From the IMG/VR virus record IMGVR_UViG_3300024232_000056, positions 1-30,490 of that record: a DNA stretch of 30,490 nucleotides; one strand, written 5' to 3'. Positions 1-7,350 of this stretch are shown piece by piece. The position numbers were made by a program, and so were the translations under genes. The stretch comes from a virus. Lineage: Duplodnaviria; Caudoviricetes. How positions within the stretch are numbered: position 1 is the stretch's first letter; each line of letters begins with the position of its first letter. The notes under the pieces were generated by a model, which made no database searches, was not told the origin of the DNA, and was given only the letters and a program-made list of their open reading frames with translations.

Positions 1-1
1 C

Positions 2-220
2 TTTGCGGCCAAAGGTCCAATACAACTTCTTAGTGGCCACAAAGCGAAAGGCCTCGAATGGGACACTGTATATCACCTGGACCCTCATCGGATCCCCAGC
101 CCTTGGTCCAAAGAAGGCGAGGCCCTCGAGCAAGAAAAGAACGTCCGCTACGTCATCGAAACCCGAGCCAAGGTTGCCCTCTACTTTGTGAAGATGGACG
201 GCTTTCAGGGAGACATCTGA
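2..220 (+). CDS. UvrD/Rep-like SF1 helicase, C-terminal fragment (5' truncated by window)
   Basis: Not in the ORF track. Frame 2 read by hand gives FAAKGPIQLLSGHKAKGLEWDTVYHLD...EQEKNVRYVIETRAKVALYFV...GDI*, matching SF1 motif V (H.AKGLEWD.V) and motif VI (YV..TRAK..L). Confidence 0.85.
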   Translation, partial: FAAKGPIQLLSGHKAKGLEWDTVYHLDPHRIPSPWSKEGEALEQEKNVRYVIETRAKVALYFVKMDGFQGDI

Positions 221-531
221 TGTCAAACGTCCCACTGGCCAGGGCTATGTTCGATGCTATCGTGGCCGAATGGCAGGATAAACTCGAGGCCGAGAAGAAG
301 ATGCTCGCCAACATGACCAGAGCCATCGCCCTTCTCTTCAAGGAACCGCCCCTAAGCAGGGCCAAACCCAAGAACCGACTCACTCAGGCGATCGCCGATA
401 AGATCAGAGCCTATAGAAAGGCCCACCCCGAGGCCTCAGTGCAGGAGATCGCCAGCGCCGTCGGGATCAACAACATGGGCCGAGTCTCGGAGGTGCTCCA
501 CGGCAAGCGGTTTCCAAAATCTGGAAAATAA
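220..531 (+). CDS. HTH DNA-binding protein
   Basis: ATG overlaps the helicase stop (TGATG). C-terminal ASVQEIASAVGINNMGRVSEVLHG is HTH-like. Confidence 0.65.
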   Translation: MSNVPLARAMFDAIVAEWQDKLEAEKKMLANMTRAIALLFKEPPLSRAKPKNRLTQAIADKIRAYRKAHPEASVQEIASAVGINNMGRVSEVLHGKRFPKSGK

Positions 532-555
532 ATGTGGGTTCTCGGTCGATTGTTG

Positions 556-584
556 TTGACAGACCTCGCGAAATGTGGTTCAAT
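556..584 (+). promoter_or_regulatory. sigma70-type promoter, TTGACA-17bp-TTCAAT with extended -10 TG
   Basis: Perfect TTGACA at 556-561, 17-nt spacer, TG at 576-577, TTCAAT at 579-584, intergenic upstream of the gene at 655. Confidence 0.6.
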
Positions 585-654
585 GAACCATATCGAGGCA
601 CCCATATCAGGGCTTTTAACCGGGGCAAAATGCCCCTTCAACGAGGAGGTTACT

Positions 655-1182
655 ATGGCAGACGGTAATGGTAGCGGCAACTACGACCAGATTACAATTC
701 AGGGACAGGCCTTTCGAGTCCCAATCCGGTACGCGGCCGGACACTCACTCAACGACGGCGAGGCATCGGCGCTCAATCAGACGTTCCACGAGAACCTTCG
801 TAACAATTTCGCCTCGAAGGTCCGTGACGGCGCGGAGGCCGGAGTACCGCACGAGACCCTGCAACAGCAGCTCGATGACTACGCCAATGACTATCAGTTC
901 GGCGTGCGGACTGGCGGCGGTGGCTTCCGAGGCGACCCGGTCATGACCACTGCGATGAACATGGCTCGCGAGCTGGTTCGCAATGCGGTCAAGGCGAAGG
1001 GCATGGACGCTGACGCTTGGCCCGCGTCGCGTATCTCCCAGGCCGCGAAGGCCCTCCTCGAGATGCAGGGCGAGAACGGCAAGATCCTCTCGATTGCCCG
1101 ACAGCAGATCGAGACCGAGCGCGCCACGGCCAAAGAGGCTATGCAGTCGGTCCACGAATTGCTCGATCAGGCTCAGGCCTAG
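655..1182 (+). CDS. hypothetical phage early protein (175 aa)
   Basis: Strong RBS GAGGAGGT before ATG 655, GC3-rich codons. The ORF-track start at 532 would run through the promoter. Confidence 0.8.
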   Translation: MADGNGSGNYDQITIQGQAFRVPIRYAAGHSLNDGEASALNQTFHENLRNNFASKVRDGAEAGVPHETLQQQLDDYANDYQFGVRTGGGGFRGDPVMTTAMNMARELVRNAVKAKGMDADAWPASRISQAAKALLEMQGENGKILSIARQQIETERATAKEAMQSVHELLDQAQA

Positions 1183-1189
1183 CCCAAAA

Positions 1190-1375
1190 GGGGAGGGTGC
1201 CCACCGTGCCCTCCCCCTGCAGCTGCTCTCCGGGTTGCAAACACCCTCCGAGGACAGCGGCTGTCGGCCCAGCGCGGAAGTGTTGCCGCATCGCCGTGCT
1301 GGGTCAACTTCTCTAGTGGAGTGTGTCGCAAAGGGCCCCTCGGCCCTTTGCGCTGCACTTCCGCAGCAAGAGAGG
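1190..1375 (+). ncRNA. candidate structured RNA / cis-regulatory leader (four back-to-back hairpins)
   Basis: Stems paired by hand: 1190-1200/1206-1216, 1219-1227/1256-1264, 1266-1277/1294-1305, and 1308-1314/1369-1375 enclosing a perfect 1327-1337/1342-1352 stem. Many G-U pairs. Confidence 0.5.
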
Positions 1376-1382
1376 AACAACG

Positions 1383-2102
1383 ATGCGCAAGTCCCTGCTC
1401 CTGGCTACAGCATTGTGTCTCGCGTCAGTAACGGCCAACGCAGCTACACTCACTGTTAGCGCGCTGGCTGATGCTGATGTGGTGCCACAGTCTGCAAGCG
1501 CCCCTTGCATCATCTGCGCCACAACCCAGGCCCATAACCCCGTGGGCTTCGGTTACAACAACTTCAACAGCACAGGTAACAACGACTCGTTCAACCTGTT
1601 CTCGTCCAACATTACCGGAGCCTTCGGTAATGGTGACGATACCACTGTTACACCCTACACCGGTACCCAGCTCGTAAACTTCCTGACAGCGTTGGGAGAC
1701 GCTGGCCTTACCTTCGGCGTGGCCGTGGACGTTAACTCGACTAGCGCAAAGTCGGAGGTTCTGACTCAGTTCCGTCTGATCGACCTTGATCAGTCGGGAG
1801 ACGGGCCACTTGGCTCGTTGGTCCTGTTCAGTCTACTTAATCCGGTCCCACTGCCCGATATCAGAAACGGCAATGGCTCGGCTGACTACCTGATCTCAGG
1901 CTTCAATCTGAGCGGCCTCGCCCACCTCGGCGATCGTCTGTTGTTCCAGGCAACGTGGTCTGGTGCAGTAGACGGCGGCGAGTCGTTCTACATCGTGCCG
2001 GTGGCACAGGTTCCGATCCCAGCAGCACTGCCGCTGTTCGCGGCAGGGCTCGTTGGTCTAGGCCTCCTCAGCCGGAGGCGTAAGAACACGACCGCAGTCT
2101 AG
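1383..2102 (+). CDS. secreted PEP-CTERM/VPLPA-CTERM (exosortase-target) protein
   Basis: Sec signal peptide MRKSLLLATALCLASVTANA-A. C-terminus VPIPAALPLFAAGLVGLGLLSRRRK is motif + TM helix + basic cluster. RBS AGAGGA. Confidence 0.9.
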   Translation: MRKSLLLATALCLASVTANAATLTVSALADADVVPQSASAPCIICATTQAHNPVGFGYNNFNSTGNNDSFNLFSSNITGAFGNGDDTTVTPYTGTQLVNFLTALGDAGLTFGVAVDVNSTSAKSEVLTQFRLIDLDQSGDGPLGSLVLFSLLNPVPLPDIRNGNGSADYLISGFNLSGLAHLGDRLLFQATWSGAVDGGESFYIVPVAQVPIPAALPLFAAGLVGLGLLSRRRKNTTAV

Positions 2103-2114
2103 CAACGGTCGTTA

Positions 2115-2160
2115 GGTGGTCCAGTCTCTCCCAGACACCCGTCGAAGGGGCTGGGCCACC
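2115..2160 (+). other. long G-U-rich stem-loop downstream of the PEP-CTERM gene
   Basis: GGTGGTCCAGTCTCT (2115-2129) pairs with AGGGGCTGGGCCACC (2146-2160), 15 bp including G-U. No U-tract. Confidence 0.55.
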
Positions 2161-2174
2161 GCCCCGGAGGAACT

Positions 2175-2411
2175 ATGACTGACATCGTTGAACAGGCCGA
2201 CGAGATCGAGCGGCTGCGGGCCGAGCGTGATCGAGCAATTAAAACTACATCAGCATTCGCGCTTGACGTTGCTGCAAAGGATACCGAGATCGAGCGGCTG
2301 CGGGCGGCGCTGCAGACAGTACGCGAGGAAAACGACCGCGCCAAACGGCAGTTCACCAATGTCAGCAACAAGATTTTGGATGAAGCGTGCCGCATCCTGG
2401 GGTCCAAATGA
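2175..2411 (+). CDS. small coiled-coil phage protein with two EIERLRA repeats
   Basis: RBS GGAGG, heptad-like sequence. Confidence 0.75.
   Translation: MTDIVEQADEIERLRAERDRAIKTTSAFALDVAAKDTEIERLRAALQTVREENDRAKRQFTNVSNKILDEACRILGSK
2201..2305 (+). repeat. 21-bp perfect direct repeat CGAGATCGAGCGGCTGCGGGC (2201-2221 and 2285-2305)
   Basis: Read directly from the sequence. Confidence 0.9.
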
Positions 2412-2626
2412 GCGTACCCGTACTCCACCACTGGTACTCGGCGCTCTCTAGTCCCTACGGAATTGAGTTGATCTCTTCTGACGTTGAGGCCCTTCGCCAG
2501 CGACTCTATGCGGCGCGGCGCGAGGCCCAGGATACCGACCTCGAGCAGATCGCCCTATGTATCTCGCCTTTTGATCCGATGCGGCTTTGGTTAGTAAAAA
2601 GGAAGCCACCAGATGAGAAGACGTGA
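2408..2626 (+). CDS. hypothetical protein
   Basis: ATGA overlap with the upstream stop; MSVPVLHHWY... Confidence 0.7.
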   Translation: MSVPVLHHWYSALSSPYGIELISSDVEALRQRLYAARREAQDTDLEQIALCISPFDPMRLWLVKRKPPDEKT

Positions 2627-2837
2627 AGATCGAGCGATATCAAAGCATACCCTCAACCTTTACGCCGGGGACTACGACAAACTGCGGGCCCTCTACTCAA
2701 CCCGAGTGGGCGCGGCGAAGATCATTCGAGACATAATCCACGCGCACCTCCGCAAGATCGAGGAGGATGCGGCGCAGAAGATCCCGCTCGTGAACGATCT
2801 CGACGTGGACATTGATCAGGAGGAGATGGAACTGTGA
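2613..2837 (+). CDS. hypothetical protein, possibly ribbon-helix-helix DNA-binding
   Basis: KHTLNL strand followed by two helices (DYDKLRALY, AAKIIRDIIHAHL); AAGGA RBS. Confidence 0.6.
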   Translation: MRRREDRAISKHTLNLYAGDYDKLRALYSTRVGAAKIIRDIIHAHLRKIEEDAAQKIPLVNDLDVDIDQEEMEL

Positions 2838-3061
2838 GCACCGAACTTAGCGAACTGTTTGATCGTGATCCCCTGCATCTGTCCGATCAGGACCTCGATG
2901 TCATAGTCCAGTATCAGCGCGAGCATCAGACCCAACACGAGCTGGGGGTCAAGGCCGCTCCGGCGCCAAAGGCAAAGCGCCCCTCGAAGACCCAAGATCT
3001 TCTCAAAGAGCTGGGCCTCGCGTCGAGCGGCGACCTACTCAAAGACCTAGGACTAAAGTGA
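2834..3061 (+). CDS. hypothetical protein
   Basis: RBS AGGAGGAG, GTGA overlap, duplicated C-terminal DLLK(E/D)LGL motif. Confidence 0.7.
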   Translation: MSTELSELFDRDPLHLSDQDLDVIVQYQREHQTQHELGVKAAPAPKAKRPSKTQDLLKELGLASSGDLLKDLGLK

Positions 3062-3996
3062 TGGATGCACATCCTCAGCCCTTCCACGAGGGAACCAAAG
3101 TTCAGTGGGCGTGGGACTCGACGAGCCTCGGATGGCTCAAGGAGTGCCCCCGGAAATACCAGTACCACATGATTGAGCAATGGCGTGGGCGGGGCGAGTC
3201 CATCCACCTCGAGTACGGCATCCTCTACCACGCCGCGCTCGAGGAGTACGATCGGATGAAGCTCGAGGGAGGCATGTCCCACGACGACGCTGTCAGATGG
3301 GTGGTGCGGGAACTTTTGACTAAGACGTGGCGCGACGGCCTACCGTGGCGCGGGGCGAAGGACCTCCCGGCCGACGACAAGGCCTCGCTCAAGAGCCGCG
3401 AGAACCTCGTTCGCACCGTCGTCTGGTACCTGAACAAGTTCAAGGACGATCCGGCCAAGACCTTGATGCACCCGGTCACGGGCAAGCCAATGGTCGAGCT
3501 TCATTTCCAGTTCGAGATCGAGGGGGGATATTCTCTGTGCGGATACTTAGATCGTGTAGTGGAATTCCAGGAACAGCCCTTCGTTATGGACAGGAAGACC
3601 ACAACATCAACTCTTGGTTCGTACTACTTCGAGCAGTTCGATCCAGACAACCAGATGTCAGTGTATACGGTAGCGTCCCAGGTAGCATTCCATACCCCGG
3701 TGAAGGGAGTTATTGTGGACGCTGCGCAAATTGCGGTAGGCTTCAGCCGTTTTGTTCGATCCTTTGTCTTTAAGACCGCGGACCAGATCGACGAATGGAT
3801 GAAGGACCTCTACGTTTACCTCGAGCAGGCCCGTGGTTACGCGGAGCGTGGCTATTGGCCCCAGAACGACAAGAGCTGTCACAAGTACGGGGGCTGCGCG
3901 TTCCGCGAGATCTGCTCCAAGAGTCCCCAGGTACGGGAGAAGTTCCTCGAGACCCACTTTCAGCGAGAGCCCTGGAACCCGCTGGTGCCGCGATGA
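3061..3996 (+). CDS. PD-(D/E)XK exonuclease, Cas4/RecB/AddB-like, probable 4Fe-4S
   Basis: ECPRKY, GYLDRVV...MDRKTT, QMSVY, and C-terminal CHKYGGCAFREIC (1+3 Cys). Confidence 0.85.
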   Translation: MDAHPQPFHEGTKVQWAWDSTSLGWLKECPRKYQYHMIEQWRGRGESIHLEYGILYHAALEEYDRMKLEGGMSHDDAVRWVVRELLTKTWRDGLPWRGAKDLPADDKASLKSRENLVRTVVWYLNKFKDDPAKTLMHPVTGKPMVELHFQFEIEGGYSLCGYLDRVVEFQEQPFVMDRKTTTSTLGSYYFEQFDPDNQMSVYTVASQVAFHTPVKGVIVDAAQIAVGFSRFVRSFVFKTADQIDEWMKDLYVYLEQARGYAERGYWPQNDKSCHKYGGCAFREICSKSPQVREKFLETHFQREPWNPLVPR

Positions 3997-4181
3997 GCCA
4001 GGTCATTTTGGAGTTCCCCCTCGAGCGCGACGACGTTAAACTGTTCACTGATACGATCGCGGTCGAGCTGGGCAACGGCGTGAGGCTGACCACGGGGATA
4101 CCACAGTGGGTCAAGGGCATTAACTCAGCCAAGTTACAGATCGTATTGGATATTGAGGGATCACCAGATGCCGTCACTTAA
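3993..4181 (+). CDS. hypothetical protein (62 aa)
   Basis: ATGA overlap with the nuclease stop; fills the gap to the ATPase. Confidence 0.6.
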   Translation: MSQVILEFPLERDDVKLFTDTIAVELGNGVRLTTGIPQWVKGINSAKLQIVLDIEGSPDAVT

Positions 4182-4962
4182 AGAACATCAGTCCTCGGAG
4201 TTCACAAAGCTCCTTCTTATAGGGGACTCCAAGTCCGGTAAGACCGGGGCCCTGGCCTCACTCGTCAAAAAGTACAAGCTGCGGATACTCGATCTGGACA
4301 ACGGGCTGGATGCCCTTGTGCAGGTAGTTAAACGCGAAGCGCCTGATCGACTCGAGAGCATCGAGTTCCGCACGCTCCGCGACAAGTTGAAGGCCAGTCC
4401 CTTTGGCACCGTCGTGGATGGCTCGGCCACGGCCTTTATCGAGTCTCTCAGGATGCTCGATCTGTGGAAGTACGGGAACGTGGACCTTGGTCCGCCCGCG
4501 GGCTGGGGCCCCGACTGTGTCCTCGTGTTGGACTCGCTGACGTTCCTTTCTGATGCGGCCTTTCGCTTTCGTGAGCCTTTGGTCCCTAAGTCAAAGGATG
4601 GCAAGTATGACGTTCGAGCTGTCTATAAAGACGCGCAGGACGCTGTTGAGGGCGTCCTTGCCCTCCTCACGTCTGAGTCTTTCAGAACTAACGTTATTGT
4701 CATTAGCCATGTCAGATATGTGGATAACCCTGATGGCACCAAGAAGGGCTACCCTACGGCAGTTGGATCAGCTCTTTCGCCTCAAATCCCAAGGTATTTC
4801 AATTCGGTGGCTCTCGCCCAGACGGGTCCGGGCGGCAAGAGACAGATCCAAACTGCGGCGACGGCGATGATCGACCTCGCTAACCCCGCCGCGTTCAAGA
4901 TGTTGCCTACGTTGCCAATTGAGACCGGGCTGGCAACGTACTTCGAAACCCTCCGGTCATAG
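4168..4962 (+). CDS. Sak4-like (AAA_24) P-loop ATPase / single-strand annealing protein
   Basis: Walker A LLIGDSKSGKT, ILDLDNG, Walker B LVLDSLT, VISHV; lies between nuclease and SSB. Confidence 0.8.
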   Translation: MPSLKEHQSSEFTKLLLIGDSKSGKTGALASLVKKYKLRILDLDNGLDALVQVVKREAPDRLESIEFRTLRDKLKASPFGTVVDGSATAFIESLRMLDLWKYGNVDLGPPAGWGPDCVLVLDSLTFLSDAAFRFREPLVPKSKDGKYDVRAVYKDAQDAVEGVLALLTSESFRTNVIVISHVRYVDNPDGTKKGYPTAVGSALSPQIPRYFNSVALAQTGPGGKRQIQTAATAMIDLANPAAFKMLPTLPIETGLATYFETLRS

Positions 4963-4972
4963 GAGCCAGGAA

Positions 4973-5419
4973 ATGGCGATGTCCTTTGAAGAAATCCTCA
5001 AGATGCCCACGTCGGAGTTCAAGCAACCCAAACCCTTTCCGACGGGGACATATCACTGCATGGTCGACGGGCGGCCCGAGCACGGCCAATCCTCGCAGAA
5101 GAAGACTGATTATCTGCGGTTCAAGTACAAGATCATTGCCGCCGGTAACACTGTGGACGCCCGCGAGGCCGCGGAACAGCAGGTCGTCGGGAAGTCCCTG
5201 CAACAGGACTTCTACATTATCGACAACGACGTTAGCAAGTCGATTATCAAGGAGTTCCTTCAGAATACCCTCGGTATCGCCAACCCTGGCGACGCGAAGG
5301 GCATTGAACAGATGCTCGATGATGTTCCGAACCGTGAGCTATTGGTGGAAGTCAAGCACGAAATGTCCCAGGACGGCAAGCGGATCTTCCACCGCGTGAA
5401 CTCGACTGCGCACGTGTAG
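4973..5419 (+). CDS. putative ssDNA-binding protein (DUF669-like OB fold)
   Basis: KPFPTGTYHCMV N-terminal motif, position after Sak4, RBS AGGAG. Confidence 0.65.
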   Translation: MAMSFEEILKMPTSEFKQPKPFPTGTYHCMVDGRPEHGQSSQKKTDYLRFKYKIIAAGNTVDAREAAEQQVVGKSLQQDFYIIDNDVSKSIIKEFLQNTLGIANPGDAKGIEQMLDDVPNRELLVEVKHEMSQDGKRIFHRVNSTAHV

Positions 5420-5450
5420 GTATTCGTGACTCCCGAGCGTGCGCGTTGAG

Positions 5451-5485
5451 GGCCTGGGGACCATCATGAAAGTGGTCCCCAGGCC
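5451..5485. other. perfect 13-bp inverted repeat (stem-loop)
   Basis: GGCCTGGGGACCA-9nt-TGGTCCCCAGGCC. Confidence 0.8.
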
Positions 5486-5504
5486 GCCATCAGAGGAGGC
5501 ACTT

Positions 5505-5726
5505 GTGCCAACCTGCAAGGACTGTTTCTACCATAGGGAGATCGGCAACGAGATTGCCGTGGCTTGTCACAGATATCCTCCGGCTATAACCAAAGTTGAG
5601 GAGGGCCGGATTACATCTAACTTTCCTCTTATTAATAACGAGACCTGGTGCGGGGAATATCGCACTGGAGCCATATCGGAACAAAATGTTTCGGTACGTA
5701 CAGTCAGAAAGGAGTCACGCAAATGA
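5505..5726 (+). CDS. small Cys-rich (Zn/Fe-binding) phage protein
   Basis: GAGGAGG RBS 5 nt before GTG 5505; CKDC...CHRYPP...WCGEY. Confidence 0.7.
   Translation: MPTCKDCFYHREIGNEIAVACHRYPPAITKVEEGRITSNFPLINNETWCGEYRTGAISEQNVSVRTVRKESRK
5668..5725 (+). promoter_or_regulatory. palindromic leader element, copy 1 (homologous to the capsid-gene leader)
   Basis: GAGCCATATCGGAACAAAATGTTTCGGTACG...AGTCAGAAAGGAGTCACGCAAATG; 26/31 identical to the - strand of 23429-23459. Confidence 0.6.
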
Positions 5727-6055
5727 CTGAGGAACGAAATGAGGCGACATCTTTGGGCGATCCTGTGGAATTTACTCGTAGCAATAACGGCGGCCCTCCT
5801 GATATACTTAGGATTGGAGAGCTTAGCGCGCGTGGGATAGACAGGATAAGCATTGAGACCGCTGATCAAATCCGGGAAATGGGAGAGGCCGTGGTCACGC
5901 ACGCGGAGGCGATCCGCGCCGAGGCTAGTGCCCTCGCAGACTCCATCTTGGAGTCGGGACGGCTCTTCTCCGATAGAGTTGCGGCGTTCAGTAACACAGC
6001 ACAAAGTATGCTTATCTCCATGAGTGAACAGAGGGATAAGCTTCACAAAAGATAG
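5723..6055 (+). CDS. hypothetical helical/coiled-coil protein
   Basis: RBS AAGGAG, ATGA overlap. Confidence 0.75.
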   Translation: MTEERNEATSLGDPVEFTRSNNGGPPDILRIGELSARGIDRISIETADQIREMGEAVVTHAEAIRAEASALADSILESGRLFSDRVAAFSNTAQSMLISMSEQRDKLHKR

Positions 6056-6063
6056 GAGGCCAC

Positions 6064-7350
6064 ATGACTTCAGGGCAATTTCACTTGGTTCCGCTTGGCG
6101 ACATCCACGTCAAGCGGGACGAACGGCAGCGGCGCGAACTGAGCGACATCGACGTGCTGGCGGACTCGATCAACCGCCTGGGATTGATCCATCCTATCGT
6201 GGTTACCCGGGACTTTGAACTCGTCGCGGGCGAGCGCCGATACACGGCCTGTACCAGACTGGGGTGGACTGCGATCCCGGTGCAGTACGTGGACGAACTT
6301 GACCCCCTCAAGCTGGAGGCGATCGAGCTTGAGGAGAACATCAAGCGCCAGGATATCTCCTGGCAAGACCAAGTCAACGCCGTGTCGCGGTGGCACAGCC
6401 TTCGGCTGAGGGCTGATCCTACGTGGAGCCAGGCGGATACGGCCGAGGCAATAGGCTTTACCAAGCAGCACATCAACAGACTTATACTGGTTGCGGAGGA
6501 GATGGATGACAACAAAATGGTTGCGGATGCTCCTAAGCTGTCCACGGCCTTGGGCATCGCTCAGCGTGCGCGGGAGCGCCGCGACGAAGCCAACCTCAGC
6601 CGACTGCACGAGCACTTCGAGGTCAAGCCCGAGGTCGAGCCCGAGTCGATCCTCACGACGGACTTCACCGACTGGGCGCTCGGGGACAGCCCGTGGCGGT
6701 TCAACCTGATCCACTGCGACTTTCCCTATGGAATAGGAGCGGACGACTTCAATCAAGGGAGCGCTCGCGCCCATGGGGGCTACGAGGACACGCCCGAGGC
6801 GTGGCAGAAGCTGATGATGGCCTTAGAGATCACTACCAAAACTATGACGGCCCCGTCGTGCCACCTGATGTTCTGGTTTGCTATGCGAAAGGCCGACGAG
6901 CGACTATATGAATGGACCTGTCGCCAGCTCGAGAACATTGGCTGGGACATTAACCCTCAACCCCTGATATGGATGAAGTCAGATGGAGCCGGTATCTTAC
7001 CCGACCCTGAACGAGGTCCTCGCCAAATCTACGAGACATGTCTCTTTGGGTCAAGGGGCGACCGTAAGATTGTTAGAGCGGTTGCAAACGCTTACGCAGC
7101 TCCAACTGTTAGAGAAAGACACATGTCTGAAAAACCAGAGCCTATGCTACGACACTTCTTCGGGATGCTCGTTGATGAGAATACTGTTATGCTTGACCCC
7201 ACCTGTGGTAGTGGAAGTTCGTTGCGAGCGGCTGAGTCTCTTGGCGCAAAGCATGTGCTCGGCCTCGAAATTAATCCCGAGTTTGCCGGACTCGCCCGCG
7301 AAGCCCTCAAGAGATCCCGAAAGCTGAAAGTGGCCGAGGCCGTCACGTGA
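6064..7350 (+). CDS. ParB/Srx-domain + HTH + beta-class amino-DNA methyltransferase fusion
   Basis: IHPIVV...LVAGERRY (ParB box II), WSQADTAEAIGFTKQHINRLI (HTH), IHCDFPYG (motif IV), HMSEKPEPML and MLDPTCGSGSS (motifs X and I). Confidence 0.85.
   Translation: MTSGQFHLVPLGDIHVKRDERQRRELSDIDVLADSINRLGLIHPIVVTRDFELVAGERRYTACTRLGWTAIPVQYVDELDPLKLEAIELEENIKRQDISWQDQVNAVSRWHSLRLRADPTWSQADTAEAIGFTKQHINRLILVAEEMDDNKMVADAPKLSTALGIAQRARERRDEANLSRLHEHFEVKPEVEPESILTTDFTDWALGDSPWRFNLIHCDFPYGIGADDFNQGSARAHGGYEDTPEAWQKLMMALEITTKTMTAPSCHLMFWFAMRKADERLYEWTCRQLENIGWDINPQPLIWMKSDGAGILPDPERGPRQIYETCLFGSRGDRKIVRAVANAYAAPTVRERHMSEKPEPMLRHFFGMLVDENTVMLDPTCGSGSSLRAAESLGAKHVLGLEINPEFAGLAREALKRSRKLKVAEAVT

Noticed and set aside
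58-219. Upstream extension of the HTH ORF, and ORF 3..191
   Set aside because: The region is occupied by the UvrD-like C-terminus in another frame; the start at 220 is translationally coupled.
532-654. N-terminal extension of ORF 532..1182
   Set aside because: It spans the promoter and hairpin; the strong RBS is at ATG 655.
1190-1375. tRNA, c-di-GMP-I riboswitch or intrinsic terminators
   Set aside because: No T-loop/D-loop consensus or acceptor stem; GCAAA motifs are not in the riboswitch arrangement; no U-tracts.
3061-3996. CRISPR-Cas locus
   Set aside because: No cas1/cas2 and no repeat-spacer array seen; the context is a recombination module.
5678-5700. LexA box or ECF (GGAAC-N16/17-CGTT) promoter
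   Set aside because: Spacing fits neither GAAC-N4-GTTC nor GAAC-N7-GAAC, and no CGTT -10 lies at the right distance.
6070-6774. Long antisense ORFs (e.g. 745..1380, 6070..6774, 26617..27528)
   Set aside because: Typical antisense shadows of GC-rich genes with clear motifs on the other strand.
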